Of a stretch of DNA of 64,000 nucleotides, positions 57,056 to 64,000 are shown in pieces. Under the pieces are notes generated by a model. That model was given only the letters and a program-made list of their open reading frames with translations. It was not told the DNA's origin and did not search any database. The DNA lies in the IMG/VR virus record IMGVR_UViG_3300020578_000006, positions 165,718 to 229,717 of that record. One strand, given 5' to 3'. Position numbers and translations under genes: made by a program. Each line of letters starts with the position of its first letter. Position 1 is the stretch's first letter.

Positions 57056-57251
57056 CTTCTGCCTCTTCAGTTCCAGTCACTTCAATCTCTACATCACCAT
57101 CATCATAAGCCTTTTGAACAGTATCAAAATCGATACTGTCTTCAGCTTTCTTGTTGGCCTCTTCTTCATTTTTTGCAGTTACAGTTTTTCTGATGAAGAG
57201 GGCTACCAACACATCCACATCAAACTTCTTCTTTTTAGTAGTCTTACTCAT
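57048..57251 (-). CDS. Early hypothetical protein
   Basis: TVTAKNEEEA..KA motif. Confidence 0.5.
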   Translation of the reverse strand: MSKTTKKKKFDVDVLVALFIRKTVTAKNEEEANKKAEDSIDFDTVQKAYDDGDVEIEVTGTEEAEDD

Positions 57252-57499
57252 TAGTCATTGCCCTCATTACTGAACATCTTGCCTGTATCAATAAGGTTCT
57301 CTGCAAATCCTGTAATGCCATAAGCAGTCTCTTCTAGATCCCCATTATCTTCACAATTCTCACTATCTAGATACCTTTCTGCCCATTTAATATCTGACTT
57401 CTTGAGGGTCTCTTGAAATTCCTCAATTGCATCAAACACATTTGCCATCAGTTTGTCAAGCTTTTCAGCTCTTTCAGTTGTCATTTTGTTTTTCATCAT
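57251..57499 (-). CDS. Early hypothetical protein
   Basis: Promoter module followed by ATGATG. Confidence 0.55.
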   Translation of the reverse strand: MMKNKMTTERAEKLDKLMANVFDAIEEFQETLKKSDIKWAERYLDSENCEDNGDLEETAYGITGFAENLIDTGKMFSNEGND

Positions 57500-57529
57500 C
57501 CTCCTATTATATTAGAAATTTGGATTTAG

Positions 57530-57781
57530 TCAATTTTTAATTTTAACAAAACTCAAATCATACCCTCTCCCCCATTCCCCATACCACTCTCTAAAATACT
57601 TTTCATCCTTATCAATACTGCTCTTTATCCATCTGTTAGCAATCTTCTTGTTCTGCTTGTCAACCTCTTTTTTAACCTTCTTCATTTCATATCTGCTAAC
57701 AATATCTACAAGCCCACCATCCCAATCAATCTTAAGGTAAAGGGGTCCCTTCTTTCTTTTTGTTTTTGTATTATTCATCAT
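57530..57781 (-). CDS. Early hypothetical protein
   Basis: Promoter module followed by ATGATG. Confidence 0.55.
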   Translation of the reverse strand: MMNNTKTKRKKGPLYLKIDWDGGLVDIVSRYEMKKVKKEVDKQNKKIANRWIKSSIDKDEKYFREWYGEWGRGYDLSFVKIKN

Positions 57782-57807
57782 GCCTATATTATATGGGAAG
57801 TTAGAAT

Positions 57808-57990
57808 TTAGACAATATAAATCTGTTTTTCAACCACATACTTGCTAAACTCTTCTAATATTTGATCCACCCCCCACTCACTAACTCCATAACTCTCTTT
57901 CAAGTTATCATAATATAACTCCAAATCACCACACCCCACCTCTTCAATGAAGCTTTCAATTTGTTCTAAACTATCAAACTCATGTTTCAT
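57808..57990 (-). CDS. Early hypothetical protein (start MKHEF)
   Basis: Start reassigned from the promoter module. Confidence 0.5.
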   Translation of the reverse strand: MKHEFDSLEQIESFIEEVGCGDLELYYDNLKESYGVSEWGVDQILEEFSKYVVEKQIYIV

Positions 57991-57997
57991 TTTTATA

Positions 57998-58243
57998 TTA
58001 TACAGGCAAATTGGATTTAGACAATTTATTTTCTTTATTATATTTGCTCCAATCCACATACTTCAACAAATCAATACATCCTTCCACCTCTACACCCCAC
58101 CTATCTATACTCTCTATTAAATGTACACTACCCTCTATCCCTTCTATATCATATATATTATGTTCTGCAAAATTAGCCATTTTATAAAATGCCTTTTCAA
58201 ATTGCTTATATAGTTGTTTGTACTGTTTTTGTTTATTTACCAT
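57998..58243 (-). CDS. Early hypothetical protein (start MVNKQ)
   Basis: Start reassigned from the promoter module. Confidence 0.5.
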   Translation of the reverse strand: MVNKQKQYKQLYKQFEKAFYKMANFAEHNIYDIEGIEGSVHLIESIDRWGVEVEGCIDLLKYVDWSKYNKENKLSKSNLPV

Positions 58244-58291
58244 ACCATTATTATATGGGAAGTTAGGGTTGAAACAAGCCAAATTTTATTA

Positions 58292-58353
58292 TTGACAGAA
58301 ATGTAGATTCCCATATACTATATGTACCACCTTAAGATTACGGCAGGAGGGGG
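58292..58353 (+). promoter_or_regulatory. Antisense-oriented promoter element, copy 2
   Basis: TTGACA-16-TATACT then ATATGTACCACCTT...ATTACGGCAGGAGGGGG. Confidence 0.7.
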
Positions 58354-58624
58354 CAGGACTGGACTTTTTCCTTTACGGTAAAGTTACAGAAAAACTATTA
58401 AAGAAAAACTCCTTCATTCAATTATCAAGGAGTTACAATATGGTTGATGGAGTTGATGTATCTACTTCTTAATTTGTTGGTAGATACAATAACAAATTGC
58501 TATACTAAAAATAGAAAAAGTAATAATTCCCCACCAACAAATAGGGAGTGGGTTATGGTTGTCCTTTATACTATAAAAAACATGTTCACAGAAGGTGGGA
58601 TCGTTTACAGTGGATAGGAATGTC

Positions 58625-58936
58625 TTAAGCATAACGTTTAGCCGATTCCAGTTCGGCTTGTTGTATTAACCAGCTATTCACCTTGGAGATAAGGTTCTTA
58701 CCCTCCATGTTCTCTATGCTAGCATGATAGGCCTCGTACATATCAAGTACTTGACCCACTTGAATGGAGCGCAATACCTTGGGCGTGATGGCCCGTATCC
58801 AATTCAACACCTCTTTATGGCCATAAAACTTGCCAGAGACATCCAATTCTTTACCATATTCTTCCACCTGATTACAAATGATACGTATAGTGTCTTGGGC
58901 GATGGCCATACCAGGTAACTTTCTACGTATATGCAT
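58625..58936 (-). CDS. Early hypothetical protein
   Basis: 103-aa ORF. Confidence 0.5.
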   Translation of the reverse strand: MHIRRKLPGMAIAQDTIRIICNQVEEYGKELDVSGKFYGHKEVLNWIRAITPKVLRSIQVGQVLDMYEAYHASIENMEGKNLISKVNSWLIQQAELESAKRYA

Positions 58937-58998
58937 GTGTGTGTATTATATATCAGAGGGGCTATTATTTCCACGCACCTATTATCCCCACGAAACAA

Positions 58999-59262
58999 TT
59001 AATAAGGTTTTGAGTAGTATTCCCAAGGTGGCGCCGGCATACCATTCCATGTAATTGCTGGGTCACTATTGAAGTATTCAATTAAGATATCACGATCACC
59101 ACCTTTGAGTTTGTCAATCTTGTTACGGAATTTGTGCAGTGTTTGGTATTGGGGATCTGAGCTATACATGCAATAGTCAAACAACATGTTATACAGTGTC
59201 TTGCCGTCCAAGGTAAGAGAGTCATACTTATCATAGGAAAGGCCAATGGTAGGATTGTTCAT
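58999..59262 (-). CDS. Early hypothetical protein
   Basis: 87-aa ORF. Confidence 0.5.
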   Translation of the reverse strand: MNNPTIGLSYDKYDSLTLDGKTLYNMLFDYCMYSSDPQYQTLHKFRNKIDKLKGGDRDILIEYFNSDPAITWNGMPAPPWEYYSKPY

Positions 59263-59264
59263 GT

Positions 59265-59588
59265 TTAAACCTCTAGTGTATTGTACCGGACATGGGCACT
59301 ATCTAAATCGGTACATGTCCACCCCATAATACCCCACAGAGAGGAGCCTGGATAGGTTTCAGAAGGTTCAATGTAAGAGCCGCCCATGGTATAACCATTG
59401 TGTTTGCCAATCTTCACCACTTCATAGGCAGTAAACTCACCCTTGGTTTGCTCATAGATGGCTCTATTGCCTTCTCGTTTAATCTGACGGTAGGTATAGC
59501 CCTTCTTATTGAAGAGTTGGGGGATGGGTTTGTGGGTAATAGCGGTTTTTGAGACTGTGTTCTCTGCAGTAGTTTCTGTATTCATCAT
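59265..59588 (-). CDS. Conserved-looking phage early protein
   Basis: Y.QI.R....AIY...YEV......E.YP.SS.WG..GWT pattern; promoter module. Confidence 0.6.
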   Translation of the reverse strand: MMNTETTAENTVSKTAITHKPIPQLFNKKGYTYRQIKREGNRAIYEQTKGEFTAYEVVKIGKHNGYTMGGSYIEPSETYPGSSLWGIMGWTCTDLDSAHVRYNTLEV

Positions 59589-59747
59589 GCCCTTATTATA
59601 CTGGAACTATTGGCCAAGTCAACTGTAAAAGTAATACCGGTTTCTTTAACGTAGACACCGGCAAACTACGATGATGAAGTGGTTGTTTTCAATAGGTAAA
59701 CCACCTTAACCTCTTAGTTTCTACTAAGACTGTCGGCCTCCGAATAT

Positions 59748-60017
59748 TCAGAACAAGTCACTATAATCCTTGAAGTCTTCAACTGCCTGATTAAGCTCAT
59801 ACTTTGCTATAGCCAATTCAAATTCATTGATCTTATTCTCCACCATGGTACGAAGCTCATTATGGGTAAGCTGAAATCCGCAAGCCACTGGATACTTGTG
59901 GATTGGAACCCCTGGAAACAACAGATTATAGACCTCTTTAGTACTCCTATTATAGAGCAACTCAACTTTCTCTCCTGCTATGTTCAATAATACTCTGTCT
60001 AAAACGCCATTCATCAT
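59748..60017 (-). CDS. Early hypothetical protein
   Basis: Promoter followed by ATGATG. Confidence 0.5.
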   Translation of the reverse strand: MMNGVLDRVLLNIAGEKVELLYNRSTKEVYNLLFPGVPIHKYPVACGFQLTHNELRTMVENKINEFELAIAKYELNQAVEDFKDYSDLF

Positions 60018-60180
60018 TTCAATATTCTATAAGCCTTTAAAAAAAATAACAAGCTTATTCCCAGTATTCCTCAGTATTTCCATATTCCTTTTGTAACCTA
60101 CTTATATATGAACACCACTATTATATCTACGTACTGATTATCCGTGCGTTTTTATTAAAAATTCGTGCGTTTTTGGTGTT

Positions 60181-60483
60181 TTATGCTGCATAATCACCAT
60201 CTTCTTCATATTCTTCCAAAGCCTCTTCATCCAGATCAGAAACAATAATACGATAAACCCCTTGATCTGATTCATATTCTGTGTTATCCAGGTCGGCTAA
60301 TTCTTCTGCAGTGATTGCATTTTCTACAGCAATACAAGGCAGATCCTCCACTTCCAAATCTTCTAAAGATTGTACTTCTTTGCCATTAACCTCAATGTTA
60401 TTAATAAAATAGTCATCATCCTCCACAATCTCTTGATGTTGTCTGTTAACGGTAACCTCAATTAAAATCTTCTTATTTTTCAT
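60181..60483 (-). CDS. Acidic hypothetical protein
   Basis: 100-aa ORF. Confidence 0.5.
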   Translation of the reverse strand: MKNKKILIEVTVNRQHQEIVEDDDYFINNIEVNGKEVQSLEDLEVEDLPCIAVENAITAEELADLDNTEYESDQGVYRIIVSDLDEEALEEYEEDGDYAA

Positions 60484-60790
60484 TCTTTTTCCTTTGATGG
60501 TTGTGGGCTTGTTCTATTTCTGGGTATTCTTTTACTGGTGTTTTCCATAACAAATCATCGGTGTCCAAATCTGAACTCCACAACATTAACCTACTATACA
60601 CTTTATATCCTACACCAAATCTCATTGTTGTTCGACTTATTAGATCACCCAGAAAATAGGTAACATAAACCAACCCTCTCCTTCCAATCTCTCTTACTAT
60701 GAAGTAACAAGCCGACAGTATAATAAACCCAATACCAAATAAAAAAGTAACAATCTCAGAAAACCTATTCAATCTTGCATTAGTTTCCAT
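60473..60790 (-). CDS. Membrane hypothetical protein
   Basis: N-terminal hydrophobic helix. Confidence 0.5.
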   Translation of the reverse strand: METNARLNRFSEIVTFLFGIGFIILSACYFIVREIGRRGLVYVTYFLGDLISRTTMRFGVGYKVYSRLMLWSSDLDTDDLLWKTPVKEYPEIEQAHNHQRKKNEK

Positions 60791-61050
60791 TCTTCACCTA
60801 CTAGTTTGTATAGTTTACCATGGCCTTGAAACTCTACCTTTTCTATCTCCTGCAATAGATTATATACTGAGTGTTGGGATTTTCTATTATCTTCTGCAGT
60901 CTCAGAAGGTTGTTTCAATTCCTCATTATAATACTTCTGAAGAGCTTTCACAATGAATTCATACTGCTCTTCAGTAACTCTTAGGTCTTTGTATCTCACT
61001 ATGTTATTTAGTGGTAAGAAGGAGTGCAAATGCATCAAACCCATCTTCAT
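60769..61050 (-). CDS. Hypothetical protein
   Basis: ORF in array; start uncertain. Confidence 0.4.
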   Translation of the reverse strand: MKMGLMHLHSFLPLNNIVRYKDLRVTEEQYEFIVKALQKYYNEELKQPSETAEDNRKSQHSVYNLLQEIEKVEFQGHGKLYKLVGEEWKLMQD

Positions 61051-61222
61051 TGTCTTGGGTAATATTATGCTTACCGCAATACCATTCCTTGTTCTGGTCT
61101 AACTTAATCTTAACAATCTTAAGCTTATCTATATCGTCAACCCCATCTTCATATCCCCTTATTACTACTCTCACATCACCTTCAAATTTATTAAGCTCAT
61201 GTATTAAATCAGATACAGTCAT
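61004..61222 (-). CDS. Hypothetical protein
   Basis: MTVSDLIHEL...VVIRGYEDG pattern. Confidence 0.55.
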   Translation of the reverse strand: MTVSDLIHELNKFEGDVRVVIRGYEDGVDDIDKLKIVKIKLDQNKEWYCGKHNITQDNEDGFDAFALLLTTK

Positions 61223-61256
61223 AAAAACCTTCGGAACCGGACCGACCTTCGGTCGA

Positions 61257-61565
61257 TTAAGATAATGGGCCCTCCTCGTAGTCGTCTAAAATTTCCTTAA
61301 CTTGCTTTCCTTTTGTTTTTGTAAAGATCTCTTTGATCTTCTTCTTTAACATCTTGGTTGGTTTATGTTGGTAATAGGGCAATACACTTGCTTTATACTC
61401 TTTATCAATTTCTTGAATACGAAGTACATGGATTTGTTCAGCTTCTTTGACAATCTGTTCTAATTTTAAACGATTAACCACTTCTGGCATACTGTAAGAA
61501 TCCTGGTACCAGGCAAGGAATTTAGCAATGAAACGAAGGGCTTGGTCTTTGGCAGTATTCTTCAT
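61257..61565 (-). CDS. Hypothetical protein
   Basis: 102-aa ORF. Confidence 0.5.
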   Translation of the reverse strand: MKNTAKDQALRFIAKFLAWYQDSYSMPEVVNRLKLEQIVKEAEQIHVLRIQEIDKEYKASVLPYYQHKPTKMLKKKIKEIFTKTKGKQVKEILDDYEEGPLS

Positions 61566-61698
61566 TTCTTTTTCTTTGTCTTGCTCTTCTCTACAAGCAA
61601 ATACTCATCTAAAGACTTCTCCAGCTTATTGGTAATATCATCCAGATAACTGATAATCTTATTAAGATGTCTCTTAAACTCTTTAATATCGACAGTAT

Positions 61699-62058
61699 TC
61701 ATGGCTTTCTCTTCAGTAATTTGTTGATTTCTTTTGTTTCGTAAACAGGTATTTTAGAAGGATCTTTTGAATACTTCAAGTGAAAATGAATATTTTGATC
61801 GGCCTTTTTTCTTAATAAATCAATTTTAATATCTTTTCTATCTTCTAGGATAAAGTCAATCACCTCATACCAGACCTTTTTCTTTACATTCTCTACTGTT
61901 TTAATGTAGAACATAGCTTCCAGAAAATCGGTATTAGCATTACAATAATCAATTACAATATCATCAACTGTATATTTAAAATCCATCATCTCAAATACAT
62001 CATATGTATGAGAAAAAATTGCATGCCGAACACCTTCGGCGATAGAATAGTTACTCAT
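61699..62058 (-). CDS. Hypothetical protein
   Basis: 119-aa ORF. Confidence 0.5.
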   Translation of the reverse strand: MSNYSIAEGVRHAIFSHTYDVFEMMDFKYTVDDIVIDYCNANTDFLEAMFYIKTVENVKKKVWYEVIDFILEDRKDIKIDLLRKKADQNIHFHLKYSKDPSKIPVYETKEINKLLKRKP

Positions 62059-62281
62059 CTTCTCTATCTAAAGCAATAAATTCTAACTCTTCAATCTCTT
62101 CTTCTGTATATTGATCAGCAATTGCCGGGTCTTCTAGAATTCGGTTTAATATCTTCTTGGCTTGCTCTCTATGTTTTTTACTAATCATTTTACCCATATT
62201 AAATGATGACTAATAGCTCCAACTGCAATTATAATACCCCAGCTCAAAAGTCCAAGGATAATAGTAAAAATAAAAGGTACT

Positions 62282-62656
62282 TTATTCACTCTCAGCCAAT
62301 TCTAATCTCTTTTCAAGCTCTGCTTGAACACTAATATCTAGCTCATCATTTATCCAGCCATAATCTTTCTTATAACTTTTATGGAGCTTTTTATAGTCTT
62401 CTCCAACCTCTTTGCCTGCTTTGAAAGCCACTTTTTCCAGCTTATCTTCCAGAGTACTATCCAATTCATAACGATACGCCTTGGAAGTATAAACATTGAA
62501 AGCTTGATCCATGGATAAGCCGGACTTAACCAAGCCATTTAAGAATGCATTGGAGACAATGGATGCTGTTCTGTCATAAGAAATAGATTGTTTAAGCAGA
62601 TGCATATCATTAATCTCAACTCCTGAGCCGGTGAAATCGATATATTTACTGTTCAT
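62282..62656 (-). CDS. Early hypothetical protein
   Basis: Promoter module. Confidence 0.55.
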   Translation of the reverse strand: MNSKYIDFTGSGVEINDMHLLKQSISYDRTASIVSNAFLNGLVKSGLSMDQAFNVYTSKAYRYELDSTLEDKLEKVAFKAGKEVGEDYKKLHKSYKKDYGWINDELDISVQAELEKRLELAESE

Positions 62657-62672
62657 TCTATTATTATATGGG

Positions 62673-63032
62673 TTATTTGGACTTAGTCAATACTAATTTT
62701 TCAGGCACCAACTTAACATCTACCACTTTAATACCTGTAATTTTAAAGTATTTACTGTAATCCTTTAACAGCTCAACAATATCCCTTAATTCATTACCTT
62801 CAGTAGCCCACCATTTTGGTTTAAAACTAACTCTTTCCTCTTTACCATATCCATAAAACCACTCTCTACTCTCATAAAAAAACCTACCACTTTTAGGAAT
62901 CTTTTCTAACCTATCTGTAATCCTAAAACCATTAATCCAACATCCACATTTTGTCTTTACCTGGCTGGTAGATTGCAAGCCTGTATAGTAACCTTTCCTA
63001 CCATTCACAGTCATTTCAATTACTTTCATCAT
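62673..63032 (-). CDS. Early protein, paralog A1
   Basis: NGRKGYYTG...SGRFFYESREW, shared with 63203..63508. Confidence 0.65.
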   Translation of the reverse strand: MMKVIEMTVNGRKGYYTGLQSTSQVKTKCGCWINGFRITDRLEKIPKSGRFFYESREWFYGYGKEERVSFKPKWWATEGNELRDIVELLKDYSKYFKITGIKVVDVKLVPEKLVLTKSK

Positions 63033-63057
63033 ACTAATATTATGGCTGAATTTAAGA

Positions 63058-63210
63058 TTAGGTCAAGCTCTTTAAATACTCTTCTGCTTGTTCAATTTCA
63101 TCAAATGATTTGAGAACTATTTCGTGGGTTTGATCAAATGAATCAACTTCAACAACATTGTAGATAGGAAGCCTACCATCATACTCTTCTTTAATGAGAT
63201 ACTCAATCAT
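63058..63210 (-). CDS. Small early protein, paralog B1 (50 aa)
   Basis: MIEYLIKEEYDGRLPIYNVVEV...EEYL. Confidence 0.55.
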   Translation of the reverse strand: MIEYLIKEEYDGRLPIYNVVEVDSFDQTHEIVLKSFDEIEQAEEYLKSLT

Positions 63211-63508
63211 GGCTAAGGCTTGATCTCTTCAAATGATAATGAGAAGGCACAAAATTAACATCTACCACTTTAACACCTGTAATTGTAACTTTATACTCTT
63301 TTCCATACTCTTTTATCCATTTAATAGTAGCTTTCAGTTCGGGTCCTTCGTTTTTAATACACCACTCTCTACTTTCATAAAAAAACCTGCCACTATTAGG
63401 AATGTTTTCTAGCTTATTTGTAGTCCTGAAACCATTATTATATCTAGACCAACGACCTGTATAGTATCCTTTCCTACCATTTTGAACCATTTCAACTACT
63501 TTCATCAT
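63203..63508 (-). CDS. Early protein, paralog A2
   Basis: NGRKGYYTG...SGRFFYESREW. Confidence 0.65.
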   Translation of the reverse strand: MMKVVEMVQNGRKGYYTGRWSRYNNGFRTTNKLENIPNSGRFFYESREWCIKNEGPELKATIKWIKEYGKEYKVTITGVKVVDVNFVPSHYHLKRSSLSHD

Positions 63509-63510
63509 AC

Positions 63511-63669
63511 TCATATTATGTCTGAATTTAAGATTGTGTCAAGATACTTTTCTGCATCTGTTTTATTATCAAACGTTTTTATTACTTTTGTTATTTTTGT
63601 CTCAACTTCTACTACTTCATACATAGGCAGCCTGCCATCATAAACTTCTGCTACGTAATAATCTTTCAT
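63511..63669 (-). CDS. Small early protein, paralog B2 (52 aa)
   Basis: MKDYYVAEVYDGRLPMYEVVEV...EKYL. Confidence 0.55.
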   Translation of the reverse strand: MKDYYVAEVYDGRLPMYEVVEVETKITKVIKTFDNKTDAEKYLDTILNSDII

Positions 63670-64000
63670 GGCTGGGGTTTAATTTCTTCAAACGATAATG
63701 AGAAGGCATTGTTCTTAACATGAACACCTTTCATCTTGAATCCTGGAGAACATTTGCACATACTACATCCTGCATACACATTGAACTTACGATTATCAAG
63801 ACCGGCGTCTAGAATATAATAGTATAGATCTTGATAAGGATACCCCATACCCCTTAGGTAATCCATGAACCGATTGATATACATATTGAAAATCTTAACC
63901 TCTAATCGGTTATACTTCTTCCATTTCTTGTCTTGTTCGAGATCTAATCCCTTGGGACCGGCATCCAGCTCTTCATGATAAAGTTTATGAAAAGAAGAAA
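63666..64000 (-). CDS. Hypothetical protein with GCSMCKCSPGF motif (5' end outside window)
   Basis: Frame stays open upstream of the 63884 ATG to the window edge. Confidence 0.55.
   Translation of the reverse strand, partial: SSFHKLYHEELDAGPKGLDLEQDKKWKKYNRLEVKIFNMYINRFMDYLRGMGYPYQDLYYYILDAGLDNRKFNVYAGCSMCKCSPGFKMKGVHVKNNAFSLSFEEIKPQP

Larger units (their letters stand above)
53061..63545 (-). promoter_or_regulatory. Array of about 19 related early promoter modules
   Basis: TTG(A/T)NN-16/17 nt spacer often WAANCCAANTTC-(T/C)ATAAT-6 nt-ATG(ATG), at starts 53066, 53888, 54387, 54689, 55033, 55373, 55625, 55834, 56548, 56810, 57499, 57781, 57990, 58243, 59588, 60017, 62656, 63032, 63508. Confidence 0.85.

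Noticed and set aside
61225-61260. CUUCGG tetraloop hairpins as a distinct RNA element
   Set aside because: The stems are only 4-5 bp and face opposite to local transcription; there is not enough support beyond a possible terminator or processing site.
53061-63545. CRISPR or integron cassette array
   Set aside because: The repeats are degenerate promoters at gene-length spacing, with no attC-like GTTRRRY palindromes, integrase or cas genes in the window.
1-64000. Alternative genetic code (stop reassignment)
   Set aside because: Long genes are intact and densely packed under the standard code, and all three stops terminate genes.

Overview
This 64 kb window is part of a large, AT-rich, T4-like (myovirus/jumbo-type) lytic bacteriophage genome, not a bacterial chromosome. 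Markers include uvsW, uvsY, an endonuclease-II-like GIY-YIG, phoH, T4 late-type TAAATA promoters and capsid-targeting-like N-termini. PEP-CTERM, prepilin and GH13 cargo suggest a PVC-superphylum host, probably Verrucomicrobiota (inference). Layout by position: 0-15 kb holds recombination genes, probable internal-head proteins and 7-deazaguanine genes (folE, queD, queE). 15.7-21.8 kb is an eight-gene glycosyltransferase-like cluster. 21.8-32 kb holds a subtilase, an Ig-domain protein and a 2179-aa repeat fibre. A tmRNA with a long non-canonical tag lies at 32.1-32.5 kb, then a lysis cassette at 33-35 kb, a 5'-3' exonuclease and uvsE. 38-45 kb is a cell-surface cassette (three PEP-CTERM genes, pilin, secreted GH13), followed by pcyX, an Hc1-like gene and an AAA ATPase. 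51-64 kb is an array of small early genes, many with their own conserved promoter module. Across the window, promoters sit about 6 nt before start codons, which implies largely leaderless mRNAs. All calls come from reading motifs by eye; no database searches were run.
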